Positions 10,081 to 20,370 are shown, counted from the first letter of the stretch. The stretch: DNA of 32,000 bases from Desulfocapsa sulfexigens DSM 10523 (GCF_000341395.1 NC_020304.1:3240001-3272000); one strand, 5' to 3'. A program made the numbers and translations. Notes: generated from the sequence alone by a model not told the origin.

Positions 10081-12327
10081 TTATTCCAGAGTTCCGAGAT
10101 AATTAAAAGTTGGAAGCTTTGAATACTTTCCAGTTCCTTTCAGCCTCTCAGCCAACTCTTCCATCTCTTTTTTATTGATTTGCATATTACTTAAATCAAT
10201 GACCGCATAATCCAATCCGGCAGATTTCAGCTCAAAGAGGTATGGGAGTAAGGAGAAAGGACGTACCGGAACAGTAGCCGTAACATTTTCTTTTTTAATT
10301 ATGGTAAACTCTTCATTTTTAGGACTGCTCAATGTTTTATTGTACTGAAAATGTTCCGGATCCAATCGGGCCGTAAACAACGCCGGGGCACCGTATACAG
10401 TGAGTCCCAGTTTCATTTCACTCTGATATCTCCGATATCGCGCAATGAGTTCAATCAGAATTTTCTGATCACTCTCAATGGAAAGTTGAGCTGCTTCAAG
10501 CCCGCCCTCTTCAACTAAGGTAACCGCCTGACTATTTAACAGGCTCACGGTAAAATCGGAAGACAGGTAGACCCGTTCTTCATTTTGAAAAAAGGTAAAC
10601 TGGGTAATATGACCAAGTTGAAAACTCCTAAACCCCGAACGGATAAGGAGCTGTATTTGTTTTTTTAACCTCTGCAGCTCTCCTTCAAAAAGAACAGGGG
10701 GGAGGCACCAGGTAAGATCCCGGACACGTCGTCCAAGATAACGTTTAAGCTGGCCGGTCTGGCTGAGATTACTTTTCGTAACCGGTAGCAGATAACGATC
10801 TGGAACAAAGGGTAAGGGGTTGAAAAGTATTTTAGCCTCATCGACCCTGAGCCAGACGTCAAGTGGCAATTTCATTTTTCTTGTCGGCTTTATCCCTTTT
10901 TTGCCAACATATTTGCGTGGTGTAATAATCTCGGGAATCTCTTCATCATGAAGCGGTGAAGCAACCTCTCTCAGGATTTCACGAATTCTCCCGGAATTTT
11001 TGTCAGATATTTGAGCGAGCTCAGTTGCACAGCGTTGAATGTCTGGCAGAACATCCGGGGAAAATGAAACCTTCCTCACATCAACCCTATACACATCAAT
11101 TTTGTTGGATTGTTCGTAATACTGCCATTCCGGTAAGAGCAGCTGTACTTTATCTCCGGCCTCTGCAATCTCAACACTGTCGTTTCCAAGGCGCAGCTCC
11201 TTGAGGCTAAACGCCAATCTCTCCCCTGAAGGTTCAGCATGAAGCCGTAGCCTGTCCCCAGCTGCCAGTTCCTCTTTAAGAGCCAACTTCCCGTACAATC
11301 TGTTCTCATAGGGTTTGACATTCCCGAGCCTCCCAAGATAATCACCCGTGCTACCAGAATGATGTGGAGTAATGGCATCAATTGGCTGCGGAGAAAAGAA
11401 ATAGCCGGACGATGTTTTTCTTCCCATGGCACGGTTACTCAACAGAGTAGCCTCTTTTATCGCGGCAGGAAGGCGTTCCTCGGTGGCATCCATAACGAGC
11501 CTGTAGGCGCGGACAATATGCGAGACATAATGGGCAGAACGGAGACGTCCTTCAATTTTAAGTGAAGCCACGCCAGCTGCTCGAAGATCCGGCACAGCCT
11601 CAAGGGCTGAAAGATCATTCATGGAAAAAAGGTACTGCCCTTTTCCACCAGGCTTCCCCTTGGCGGAATCCTGTTGAGCTCTCTGATTCTTTTTTGATCG
11701 CGAAGAATTTTGCCCACCACGCTGTGCATTCCAGCTATAGTGACGACGACAGGGCTGAACGCATTTGCCGCGAAGACCACTTTTACCACCTAAAAAAGAT
11801 GAAAACAAACAGAGCCCCGAGTAGGAAAAGCACATGGCGCCATGGACAAAAACTTCAATCTCAATATCACTCTTCTGACACAGAAGTTGAATTTCCTTCA
11901 GGGTGAGTTCTCTTGCAAGCACTACTCTTTCAAAGCCCATGGTTTTGAATCCGGCCAATGATTCTGAGTTGTTGGCTGAGAGGAGCGTGGATGCATGGAG
12001 AGGTATGTCAGGGAAGTGTTCCCGAATCATGCGCACCAGACCGATATCCTGGACAATAAGACCATCTGTCCCCATGGCTTCCAGCATCGCAAGGGTTTCT
12101 ACGGCCTGAGGGAGATCCTGTTCGCGAACAAGGCTATTGGCGGCAAGATAGATTTTCTTTTCGTTAGAGTGACAGTACTGAACCATGGAAAAAATTTCTT
12201 CAAGACGAAGATCACGGGCCAGATTCCTGGCATTCAATGCAGGAGCACCGACATACACAGCATCGGCACCTGCGTCCATTGCGGCAAGAAAGTTTTCTCG
12301 GTTGCCTGCAGGTGCCAGGAGTTCCAT
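10081..12327 (-). CDS. Peptidase U32 family protein (probable 23S rRNA hydroxylation RlhA-like)
   Basis: MELLAPAGNRENFLAAMDAGADAVYVG, EIEVFVHGAMCFSYSGLCLFSSFLGGKSGLRGKCVQPCRRHY, DLSALEAVPDLRAAGVASLKIEGRLRSAHYV are U32 signatures with the long C-terminal region. Confidence 0.93.
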   Translation of the reverse strand: MELLAPAGNRENFLAAMDAGADAVYVGAPALNARNLARDLRLEEIFSMVQYCHSNEKKIYLAANSLVREQDLPQAVETLAMLEAMGTDGLIVQDIGLVRMIREHFPDIPLHASTLLSANNSESLAGFKTMGFERVVLARELTLKEIQLLCQKSDIEIEVFVHGAMCFSYSGLCLFSSFLGGKSGLRGKCVQPCRRHYSWNAQRGGQNSSRSKKNQRAQQDSAKGKPGGKGQYLFSMNDLSALEAVPDLRAAGVASLKIEGRLRSAHYVSHIVRAYRLVMDATEERLPAAIKEATLLSNRAMGRKTSSGYFFSPQPIDAITPHHSGSTGDYLGRLGNVKPYENRLYGKLALKEELAAGDRLRLHAEPSGERLAFSLKELRLGNDSVEIAEAGDKVQLLLPEWQYYEQSNKIDVYRVDVRKVSFSPDVLPDIQRCATELAQISDKNSGRIREILREVASPLHDEEIPEIITPRKYVGKKGIKPTRKMKLPLDVWLRVDEAKILFNPLPFVPDRYLLPVTKSNLSQTGQLKRYLGRRVRDLTWCLPPVLFEGELQRLKKQIQLLIRSGFRSFQLGHITQFTFFQNEERVYLSSDFTVSLLNSQAVTLVEEGGLEAAQLSIESDQKILIELIARYRRYQSEMKLGLTVYGAPALFTARLDPEHFQYNKTLSSPKNEEFTIIKKENVTATVPVRPFSLLPYLFELKSAGLDYAVIDLSNMQINKKEMEELAERLKGTGKYSKLPTFNYLGTLE

Positions 12328-12395
12328 AATGTATTTTATTTAGTAAAAGGTTTTAGGGTTCGAAAAAAAAAAAAAGCGTTCGAACAGTGGAAAGA

Positions 12396-12941
12396 TTATT
12401 CTTTCTGGTTTTGGAGAAGAACTTCATCCTGTCCACCGTTTTCAGTAAACATTACCTGAATTCTTTCATCTGTACGGACTGTGGTGCTGAGGCCGATATA
12501 ATCTGCCTGAATAGGGAGTTCACGCCCTCCCCTGTCAATCAGTATTGCAAGTTGCACACTGTGGGGACGCCCATAATCCATCAAGGCATCAAGGGCCGCT
12601 CGAATGGTTCTACCGGTAAAGAGCACATCATCTACTAAAATTATGTCCCTCCCTTCAACGGCAAAGCTGATGTCAGTCGTCTTAACCACCGGATTTTGAG
12701 TAATAAGACTCCAGTCATCACGGTATAGATTTATGTCAAGGCTTCCATGGGGCACAGACTGTGAGGTTTGCTGTTCTACAAATTTTCGTATTCTTTCGGC
12801 GAGAAAAACTCCACAGGTGTGTATACCTACTATGGCAAGATTGTCAGGGCTGTGATTTTTCTCAAGAACCTGAAGGCTGATTCGGTTTACAGCAAGTGTG
12901 ATCTCATCACTGTTCAAAAGTATGCTGCTCTTCATAATCAC
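12396..12941 (-). CDS. pyrR: Bifunctional pyr operon regulator / uracil phosphoribosyltransferase PyrR
   Basis: IVGIHTCGVFLAERI, LDINLYRDDW, RDIILVDDVLFTGRTIRAALDALMDYGRP (PRPP-binding motif), VQLAILIDRGGRELPIQADYIG. Confidence 0.93.
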   Translation of the reverse strand: MIMKSSILLNSDEITLAVNRISLQVLEKNHSPDNLAIVGIHTCGVFLAERIRKFVEQQTSQSVPHGSLDINLYRDDWSLITQNPVVKTTDISFAVEGRDIILVDDVLFTGRTIRAALDALMDYGRPHSVQLAILIDRGGRELPIQADYIGLSTTVRTDERIQVMFTENGGQDEVLLQNQKE

Positions 12942-13528
12942 CCCTGTACTCGATTCCAGAAAAATTCTATTCCCCTTGCAGCGACCCTGTTGAGCGCCTC
13001 TGGAAATGCCTCACATTCCGCAGCAAAGACCTTGTCAGCAACTGTATCGGGTGTTTCGTCATAGTCGAGTGCTACGGCCTGCTGGTAAATAATAGGCCCT
13101 TCATCATACACTTCATTGGCAAAATGAACGGTACAACCACTCACCATACAGCCCCGTTTCAGGACCGCCTTATGGACCCGTGAGCCATAAAAACCATCAC
13201 CACAAAATGAAGGAATTAGAGACGGATGGATATTAACCACAGCTTTTTTTAAGTGTGGCGGTGCTGTATATAACTTGAGATACCCGGCAAGAGCGATAAT
13301 ATCCACGTCGTAATCTTTCAAAATGGAATTAACAGCATCATTGTCTTTTGCATGAAAGGCTGGATATCCATACTTCTCCGCTTTTCTAAGGCCGAGAACG
13401 TTTTCAACATTGGAAACAACCACCTGTATCTGTGCCTGAAGACTTCCCTCCTTTATCCGTTCATGAAAATTATCGAGTGTTCTTCCACTTCCCGAGAGCA
13501 GCACCGCCATTTTTAACATTTCAGCCAT
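12938..13528 (-). CDS. purN: Phosphoribosylglycinamide formyltransferase
   Basis: MAVLLSGSGRTLDNF, DVDIIALAGYLKLY, VVNIHPSLIPSFCGDGFYGSRVHKAVLKRGCMVSGCTVHFANEVYDEGPIIYQQAV; 4-bp overlap with pyrR. Confidence 0.93.
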   Translation of the reverse strand: MAEMLKMAVLLSGSGRTLDNFHERIKEGSLQAQIQVVVSNVENVLGLRKAEKYGYPAFHAKDNDAVNSILKDYDVDIIALAGYLKLYTAPPHLKKAVVNIHPSLIPSFCGDGFYGSRVHKAVLKRGCMVSGCTVHFANEVYDEGPIIYQQAVALDYDETPDTVADKVFAAECEAFPEALNRVAARGIEFFWNRVQG

Positions 13529-13531
13529 TCC

Positions 13532-14152
13532 TTATTTGAAGAAATCGTTACCATCAACATCCACTTTTTCTAGCCATGCGGAGATGGCAGTATCATACTC
13601 AGATGTTAGTTTGAAAACCTTTGCAGCAAGACGGAACCGTGTTTTTAAGGTAGTATTGCCAGTTTCTTTAATTTCTTTCAAAACTTGAGGATAGTCTGCA
13701 GGATCAACAATAACCGTCACATCATTAAAATTTTTAGCAGAGGCCCGCAGCATGGTAGGACCACCGATATCAATATTTTCTATGGCATCACCAAGACTGC
13801 AGTTGGGATCAGCCACTGTTTTTTCGAAGGCATAAAGGTTGACCGCAATCAGATCAATATTTTTAAGACCATGTTCGGCACACTGTTTCTGGTGGTCACT
13901 GTTTGCTCTTTGATTTAATATGCCTCCATGCACCTTTGGATGCAGGGTCTTCACCCGGCCATCAAGCATTTCAGGAAACCCTGTGAATTCAGAGACATCC
14001 ATCACACTGATACCGGCTTCCCTGATCTTGGCGGCAGTTCCACCTGTGGAGAGAATTTCTATACCAAGATCAGCGAGTTCTTTGGCAAAACCTTCAATTC
14101 CTGACTTATCGGTCAGACTAATTAATGCTCTTTCTACTTTGCTCATTTCCAA
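13532..14152 (-). CDS. purH: IMP cyclohydrolase (PurH N-terminal domain only)
   Basis: [36 protein letters not shown]...[27 protein letters not shown]...[15 protein letters not shown]...[18 protein letters not shown]. Ends at 206 aa, without the AICAR transformylase domain. Confidence 0.9.
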   Translation of the reverse strand: MEMSKVERALISLTDKSGIEGFAKELADLGIEILSTGGTAAKIREAGISVMDVSEFTGFPEMLDGRVKTLHPKVHGGILNQRANSDHQKQCAEHGLKNIDLIAVNLYAFEKTVADPNCSLGDAIENIDIGGPTMLRASAKNFNDVTVIVDPADYPQVLKEIKETGNTTLKTRFRLAAKVFKLTSEYDTAISAWLEKVDVDGNDFFK

Positions 14153-14161
14153 TCCTTTTTT

Positions 14162-14587
14162 TTATTCACCCTTGCGGATGAATTCCTTGATCTTTCGTCT
14201 ATCACGTTTTCCGGGCCTTTTGGCCGGTACGGTCTGTCCGGCAAAGAACATGGTGCGTTCTTCCTTCTGCTCCTTCCGGTTCTGTATGGACTGTTCCGTT
14301 TCCTCATACAGGGACTGGGCTATCCTGGCAGGTCCCCTGCGGTTGGAAAGTTCCACAATGATAACGGTATGTGTAACCGGACCTCTGTGAACGCAGAGTT
14401 CGTCTCCTTCGACTACTGCTTTGGATGGTTTGCAGCGTTGTCCATTGAGAAAGACTTTTCCACCCGTTGCAGCCCTGCTTGCAAGACTCCGAGTTTTAAA
14501 AAATCTGGCAGCCCACAGCCACTTATCAACCCGTACAGTTTCCTCTGTTTCACTCATACACAAAAACCCGTTTACGATCATAGACAT
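14162..14587 (-). CDS. S4-domain RNA-binding protein (HslR/Hsp15-like)
   Basis: VRVDKWLWAARFFKTRSLASRAATGGKVFLNGQRCKPSKAVVEGDEL is an S4 domain; basic C-terminus. Confidence 0.88.
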   Translation of the reverse strand: MSMIVNGFLCMSETEETVRVDKWLWAARFFKTRSLASRAATGGKVFLNGQRCKPSKAVVEGDELCVHRGPVTHTVIIVELSNRRGPARIAQSLYEETEQSIQNRKEQKEERTMFFAGQTVPAKRPGKRDRRKIKEFIRKGE

Positions 14588-14778
14588 TTCAATTCACGAA
14601 ACAGACATTTTACACTGAAACAACATAAATGCATACAAAAAGATACGTATCAGAGGCCTGTTAGGGCTGTATAAAAGGTCTGGCGATAATTGCAACTTGT
14701 CGAACAGAGGAAAAAAGAGTAAAGAAAGCACACTGAAAAATTGAATCCTAAACTGTCTACCCCACACCAGGACCGCAC

Positions 14779-15666
14779 ATGCTTGTTAAAGACCTTCTTC
14801 AAAGCCATAAAACCACCTTTAGTTTTGAATTTTTTCCCCCAAAAGAAGATGCAGCAGCCGATCGCTTACTGCAGACAATATCCAATCTTATGCCCCTTGG
14901 CCCATCCTACGTTAGTGTCACCTATGGTGCCGGAGGCACTACACGGGACAGAACCCATGACCTGGTTGTTCGCATCAAGGAGCAGACCAATATTACGGTA
15001 GTTTCACATCTCACCTGTGTGGGAAGCACCCGTGCCGAGATCCACGGAATTTTAGAAAAATATCAGGATGCCGGAATCGAAAACATCCTCGCTCTCCATG
15101 GTGATCCGCCAAAAGATCAGAAAAATTTTGTCGAGCCCGTCGATGGCTTTGCCTATGCCGCAGATCTTGTAGGCTATATTAAAAAACATTTCCCACAGAT
15201 GTGTGTAGGTGTTGCTGGTTTTCCAGAAGGACACCCAGCAACACCGAATCGTCTTCAGGAAATCCAGTATTTAAAAGAGAAGGTGGATGCAGGGGCAGAC
15301 TATATCGTAACCCAGCTCTTTTTTGATAATCGCGATTTTTATGACTATTGTGAACGCTGTGAACTTGCCGGAATTCACGTTCCCAATATCGCTGGGATCA
15401 TGCCTGTCAGCACAAAAAGCGGTCTGATACGAACGGCAGAACTTGCCGGTGGGGCCAGGATTCCCGCCAGACTGTTAAAGGCGGTTGATCGAGCCGAAAA
15501 TGACGAATATGTTGAGAAGGTAGGTATTCACTGGGCCACTGAACAAATTCGTGACCTACTGGATAACGATGTACGAGGAATCCAGTTCTTCACCCTTAAC
15601 TCCTCACAGGCCACTCAGGAGATTTACAATTCCCTGGGGGTTCGTGACTCAAATCAGCTTCGTTAG
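14779..15666 (+). CDS. metF: 5,10-methylenetetrahydrofolate reductase
   Basis: FSFEFFPPKEDAAADRLL, YVSVTYGAGGTTRDRTHDLV, TVVSHLTCVGSTRAEI, NILALHGDPP, GAGADYIVTQLFFDN-type motif (DAGADYIVTQLFFDNRDFYDYCERC). Confidence 0.94.
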   Translation: MLVKDLLQSHKTTFSFEFFPPKEDAAADRLLQTISNLMPLGPSYVSVTYGAGGTTRDRTHDLVVRIKEQTNITVVSHLTCVGSTRAEIHGILEKYQDAGIENILALHGDPPKDQKNFVEPVDGFAYAADLVGYIKKHFPQMCVGVAGFPEGHPATPNRLQEIQYLKEKVDAGADYIVTQLFFDNRDFYDYCERCELAGIHVPNIAGIMPVSTKSGLIRTAELAGGARIPARLLKAVDRAENDEYVEKVGIHWATEQIRDLLDNDVRGIQFFTLNSSQATQEIYNSLGVRDSNQLR

Positions 15667-15673
15667 CTCTACA

Positions 15674-16411
15674 ATGAAAATCCGGTCCGTAGGCATAAAA
15701 GACATCCAGGTTCCTGTCCGTATTCGTGAAAAAAACGGTGGCCTGCAGAACAGTGTGGCCACTATCTCGCTTCAAGCCAGTCTCCCTGGGAAATACAGAG
15801 AAAGTTGTGTCCTGACCTTTACTACTGTACTCAATAAATATATGGACGATTTGAGTGTCACAAATTTCCCCGAACTTCTCGCTGAAGTGAAGGAGGGATT
15901 ATGTGCTGAGAGTGCCAGAGTCGAGATGTCCTTTCCATATTTTATAGAAAAAAAAGCTCCCGTCTCAGGAACCAGAAGCCTTATGGAATATGAATGCAGT
16001 TTTACCGGAGAAGTGGGGACTGATGACGATTTCATCCTATCAGTGAGGGTTCCGATTACCACACTCTGCCCCTGCTCCAAAGAAATCAGTACAGCCGGTG
16101 CCCATAATCAACGTGCTGAAGTGACCCTGAATGTCAAATTCAACAAGTTCATCTGGGCAGAAGATCTCATTGCAATGATAGAAAAATCCGCATCCTGTGA
16201 GCTGTGGGCCCTGCTGAAACGCCCTGATGAAAAATATGTCACCGAGCGCGCCTATGAAAACCCGATGTTTGTTGAAGACGTGGTCCGAAAGGTTGCCGTT
16301 TCCGCACTCGACGATTCGAAAATAACCTGGTTTTCAGCAAGTGTAGAGAGCTTCGAATCCATCCATAAACACAGCGCCTACGCCTATGTTGATTCCAATG
16401 AAATTCGCTGA
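15674..16411 (+). CDS. folE2: GTP cyclohydrolase FolE2
   Basis: MKIRSVGIKDIQVPVRIRE...VTTISLQASLP-like region, VPITTLCPCSKEISTAGAHNQRAEVTLNVKF, CELWALLKRPDEKYVTERAYENPMFVEDVVR. The ORF track entry starts upstream in metF; the ATG at 15674 is preferred. Confidence 0.93.
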   Translation: MKIRSVGIKDIQVPVRIREKNGGLQNSVATISLQASLPGKYRESCVLTFTTVLNKYMDDLSVTNFPELLAEVKEGLCAESARVEMSFPYFIEKKAPVSGTRSLMEYECSFTGEVGTDDDFILSVRVPITTLCPCSKEISTAGAHNQRAEVTLNVKFNKFIWAEDLIAMIEKSASCELWALLKRPDEKYVTERAYENPMFVEDVVRKVAVSALDDSKITWFSASVESFESIHKHSAYAYVDSNEIR

Positions 16412-16529
16412 CAGATACTGCTAAAGATAAGACATCTCGATACCCTTGCCGCTGTTTTTTTTCAAACCACCCGTCTGCTCTTCCAAAACGACAAATTTAA
16501 ATATACATATCCGTCGTAATTCATTCGTT

Positions 16530-17078
16530 TCAGCTGTTCTTTTCAATCCGTTCTTTCAATTCAACAGCTGCCTTCATCATTCGGAAAAGTTCCCGGTAAT
16601 GAAACTTATAATGTGTTTTTACATATTGATACACAACCTGGCGCAGCTCTTTTTCGTTAATGTTCGGGTGCTCTGAGATGATTTCCCGGATAAAATCACT
16701 TTCCCAATCGGGTTCAAAGGGGATCTGCTCCATGAGACACTCCTGATATACTTCCATTGCCTCATTAATTAGCGTGTCCCGCAGTCGTTCAGCCTCATGA
16801 AACTGTTTTTTGGCGTGTAGATTTGAACCTTTTCTGTTTGTTACAAAGAGATACATTTCTTCTAGTGGCCCCTGTCTCAGTACCTTGGCAAGATATTTTA
16901 TCTGACGCTTTCTGGATCCGCCTTTCAGGCCGCGGGTGGCAAGAATTTCTTCATGAATAACAGGACCACCTGGAAAACTTTTCAGTTCCTTGTCCGAAAG
17001 ATCTGCCACCTCTCTTGCAAGTTCCTCGACCTGTTTATATATACGCTTTACTTCTGATCTGCTGATAAAATCTGACAT
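16530..17078 (-). CDS. Ribosome biogenesis factor DarP/YjgA (DUF615)
   Basis: MSDFISRSEVKRIYKQVEELAREVADLSDKELKSFP...RGLKGGSRKRQIKYLAKVLRQ is typical DUF615. Confidence 0.82.
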   Translation of the reverse strand: MSDFISRSEVKRIYKQVEELAREVADLSDKELKSFPGGPVIHEEILATRGLKGGSRKRQIKYLAKVLRQGPLEEMYLFVTNRKGSNLHAKKQFHEAERLRDTLINEAMEVYQECLMEQIPFEPDWESDFIREIISEHPNINEKELRQVVYQYVKTHYKFHYRELFRMMKAAVELKERIEKNS

Positions 17079-17185
17079 AGGTCACACCGTTTGCAATAAA
17101 ATTTATTAATTCTCTCAATAACATTGGCGGTCAGGAAAACTTTCCGCAATTTCAAATACCACCGTCCCGTCAGGTAACGTTTACG

Positions 17186-19666
17186 TCAATCCCCTGTTTG
17201 CTGTCGGAGTAAAAGCGAAAGAGCCGTCTGGCGCTTTACCGTATCTATATTATTTATAGCCATAGCCAAAGCCTGACGCGTCCCGATAAACACCGCGAGT
17301 TTTTTTGCACGTGTAAGCCCAGTGTAAATGAGGTTACGAAAAAGCATGTTGAAGTGCTGGGAAACAAGTGGAATGATCACACAATCAAATTCACTCCCCT
17401 GTGATTTATGTATGGTAATAGCATAGGCCAACTCAAGTTCACTCAACTGATCCTTTTGATATTCCACTGTGCGCTCGTCCGAAAAAAATTTCACAAGGCA
17501 TGTCATATCTATTGAGTTTATGTGAGTTATTTGACCTATATCCCCGTTGAAAACCCCAAGATCATAATTGTTTTTACGATGTATCACTCTATCTCCAGTA
17601 CGAAAAACTCTCTGGCCGAGAATAATCTGTCCTTTTTTTTTGGTGTTTTCAGGATTCATAGCCTGCTGTATGGTCTCATTTATCTTCATGGTACCAAGAC
17701 TGCCGCGAGTCATTGGAGAAAGGACCTGAATTTCGGTGTCTGATCCAAAGTATTTGGGTATCCATTCACTATAGAGGCGAAGCAACACCTGCCCTGCCGT
17801 TAAACCATAGTAGAGCGAGGACCAGGGATGCACTTTTTTCAGAACTGCCCGTAACTCGTCAGCATTATTTTCGGCAGTCTGCAGCAGTCCGAAATCGATA
17901 TGTTCAAAGTGAGAGTTTTTCTTTTGTTCCCACTCACGTTTTCCTTCCTGATCTTTTTCAGGATGCGTATGGCAATAAAGATTTTCTTCACCATACTCTA
18001 CTTCACGCAAGTTGAAGCGAAGCTGTTTTTTTGCCATCCGTATGCTACTCAGCTGTTTCTGAGTGGCTTCGTTAGAATCAATAAAAAGGCAGTCGCACTT
18101 TTCCTGCCATAATGTTGGTTTTTTAAATGGAGACTGTATGTGTGGAATTTTTCCACTATTTATATCATGGGCAAAGGAAATAATTTTTGAATTGCGAGCC
18201 TGGCGGAAGACGGCTTTCAACTGAAAAACAGGGACAATTTCAGAGCTTAACAAATCACCAAGGACATTGCCAGGCCCAACAGAAGGTAACTGGTCGGCAT
18301 CACCAACAAGAACAAGCTGTCCGTCTTTGGGCAGGGCGGCAAAAAGAGCAGCACACAGACTGATATCAAGCATGGAGCATTCGTCCACCACAAGAACATC
18401 ACAACTAAGAGGGTTTTCACGACATTTTTTAAATGATCCGTTCTGATATTCAAGTAGCCTGTGTATGGTTCTGGCCTCAACCCCGACAACTTCTTCCATA
18501 CGTTGCGCAGCTCTTCCGGTAGGTGCGGCAAGAAGAACCACCTTCCCCATGGCAAGAAACAGTCTGACAAGTGTCTGGGTGGTAGTGGTTTTTCCACAGC
18601 CAGGCCCGCCGGTAAGAATGGAACAGCCATAGGTGACAATACCTCTTACAGCTTTTGCCTGCTCCTCACTTAAGGAGAAATCCTGTTTTTTATAATACTC
18701 AAAAAGCCATTTTTCCACATGACCACAATCGACGTTCAGGGGTCTGCAGAGGGCAGCTACATCTTCAGCACAGCTTTGTTCATCAAAATAGAGCGTTTTT
18801 GAGTAATAACAGGCAACTAATGAGCCGTCTGATAGCGGCAGTTGTCTTTTTCTCAACAGGTCGGAATTCTCCATCGACCGAAGGTAGTGCTCCATCTGGT
18901 CACTAAGATCAAGGTCAAGGAGTGTTGAGATACTCTCCTGTATTTGACCAACATGCAGATAACAATGTCCCTGTTCCCTGGATGCCGAAAGAATGTGTCT
19001 GATAGCGGCAATGATACGAACAGGAGCGTTCTGTTCAATTCCCAAAGAGAATGCTACCTTATCCGCCGAAAAAAAGCCTATGCCATAGAAATCATTTGCA
19101 AGCTGGTAGGGATTGGCGGTTACTCTTTCTATGGCCTTCTGCCCATATTTTTTAAAGATCCGCACCGCAAAGAGAGTGGAAATACCGTGTCCCTGCAGAA
19201 AAAGCATAACATCACGAATGGCCCTGTGTTCGTTCCAGGCATTGCTGATTCCCTGTAGTTTTTTCTTTGCTATACCTGGAACCAGCAGAAGATCTTCTAT
19301 GGATTCTTCGAAAACTTCTAGAGTGCTTGTCCCAAAATGGGAAACGATTCGTTTAGCAGTTTTGGGTCCTACTCCTTTAATAAGTCCGGAACCAAGGTAT
19401 TTTTCAAGAGCTGCAGCAGATGCAGGTTTACGTTCTTCTGCACTGGTTGCAGTAAACTGACGCCCAAATTTGGGATGGTTTGACCAGTACCCAGTAAATT
19501 TCATGGTAGCACCGGCAAAAACTTTCATCTGATGAACTATTACCGTGGAAATGTCAAAATCATTATAACATTTGACCCTGAGAACACTCCAACCGTTGCT
19601 TTCATTATGAAAAGTAATCCGCTCGACTATCCCCTGAATCTCCTCAGTATTTAATGAGTCACCCAT
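17186..19666 (-). CDS. recD2: ATP-dependent RecD-like (RecD2-type) DNA helicase
   Basis: Helicase motifs LTGGPGCGKTTTT, VVDECSMLDISL, LVGDADQLPSVGPGNVLGDLL, VFRQARNSKI, YAITIHKSQGSEFDCVIIPL, YTGLTRAKKLAVFIG; RecD2 N-terminal helix-hairpin-helix region (GSGLIKGVGPKTAKRIVSHFG). 826 aa. Confidence 0.94.
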   Translation of the reverse strand: MGDSLNTEEIQGIVERITFHNESNGWSVLRVKCYNDFDISTVIVHQMKVFAGATMKFTGYWSNHPKFGRQFTATSAEERKPASAAALEKYLGSGLIKGVGPKTAKRIVSHFGTSTLEVFEESIEDLLLVPGIAKKKLQGISNAWNEHRAIRDVMLFLQGHGISTLFAVRIFKKYGQKAIERVTANPYQLANDFYGIGFFSADKVAFSLGIEQNAPVRIIAAIRHILSASREQGHCYLHVGQIQESISTLLDLDLSDQMEHYLRSMENSDLLRKRQLPLSDGSLVACYYSKTLYFDEQSCAEDVAALCRPLNVDCGHVEKWLFEYYKKQDFSLSEEQAKAVRGIVTYGCSILTGGPGCGKTTTTQTLVRLFLAMGKVVLLAAPTGRAAQRMEEVVGVEARTIHRLLEYQNGSFKKCRENPLSCDVLVVDECSMLDISLCAALFAALPKDGQLVLVGDADQLPSVGPGNVLGDLLSSEIVPVFQLKAVFRQARNSKIISFAHDINSGKIPHIQSPFKKPTLWQEKCDCLFIDSNEATQKQLSSIRMAKKQLRFNLREVEYGEENLYCHTHPEKDQEGKREWEQKKNSHFEHIDFGLLQTAENNADELRAVLKKVHPWSSLYYGLTAGQVLLRLYSEWIPKYFGSDTEIQVLSPMTRGSLGTMKINETIQQAMNPENTKKKGQIILGQRVFRTGDRVIHRKNNYDLGVFNGDIGQITHINSIDMTCLVKFFSDERTVEYQKDQLSELELAYAITIHKSQGSEFDCVIIPLVSQHFNMLFRNLIYTGLTRAKKLAVFIGTRQALAMAINNIDTVKRQTALSLLLRQQTGD

Positions 19667-19922
19667 ACAAAATATTGATATATTACAGTTAATTTCAGAA
19701 AAACAAACTTAGTGTCAAGAATATCTGCCACACTATTACGCCAGAGAAACAAAGCAGTCCACTACCAAAGTTCTTAAGTTTTTTCTTGACTAGAAATGAT
19801 TATTATGTCAAAAAGTGTTCACTTCCAAATTAAGCCTCTCTAGAAGTCGACTGAGTGGGTGCAACTTCGAGTTTCCCAAATTCTACCTATGGGGAAAACA
19901 CACTGGAAGCAGGAGAAACATT

Positions 19923-20288
19923 ATGACATTTCTTGAAGGGTTACTCTGGCTGACTTTAAATGTGTACCATGAAGCCCGTTCAGAGCCGGAAATCGGCCAG
20001 GTGGCAGTGGCACATGTCACCCTTAACCGGGCAATCAGAAGAGACCTCAGTATTAAAAAGGTTGTTAAACAGCCCTATCAGTTCAGCTGGACCAATCAGA
20101 AAAGTTCTTATATTCCAGAAGACCCGAAGGCCTTTTTTCAGTGCATGAAGTCAGTCTACATTGCCCTGAACTCTACTGATTTCACAGCCGGTGCCACCTA
20201 CTATCATCTCGATAACATTGAACCATACTGGGCTTCAAAGTATACATTCGTGGAACAGTACGGCAATCATAAGTTTTACAAGAAATAA
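19923..20288 (+). CDS. SleB-like cell wall hydrolase (Hydrolase_2 type), no obvious signal peptide
   Basis: LNVYHEARSEPEIGQVAVAHVTLNRA...GATYYHLDNIEPYWASKYTFVEQYGNHKFYK; GGAG ribosome-binding site before ATG 19923. Confidence 0.83.
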   Translation: MTFLEGLLWLTLNVYHEARSEPEIGQVAVAHVTLNRAIRRDLSIKKVVKQPYQFSWTNQKSSYIPEDPKAFFQCMKSVYIALNSTDFTAGATYYHLDNIEPYWASKYTFVEQYGNHKFYKK

Positions 20289-20314
20289 TCTAAGATTATC
20301 CCAAATAACATTAG

Positions 20315-20360
20315 AATAACAAAAGGTGTGGTGGATTTGCCATCACACCTTTTTGTTATT
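20315..20360. terminator. Bidirectional rho-independent terminator between convergent genes
   Basis: AATAACAAAAGGTGTGGTGG-ATTTG-CCATCACACCTTTTTGTTATT, a long stem with A-run and T-run flanks, placed between the SleB-like gene (+) and the aminotransferase gene (-). Confidence 0.88.
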
Positions 20361-20370
20361 ACAAACCCTC

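Noticed and set aside
11562-12638. Several + strand ORFs (11562-11906, 11903-12109, 11995-12459, 12387-12638)
   Set aside because: All are antisense to the U32 peptidase and pyrR genes, whose protein signatures are unambiguous.
15551-15673. Upstream extension of the folE2 ORF overlapping metF
   Set aside because: The conserved FolE2 sequence begins at MKIRSVGIKDIQVPV (ATG 15674); the upstream residues are out-of-frame metF sequence.
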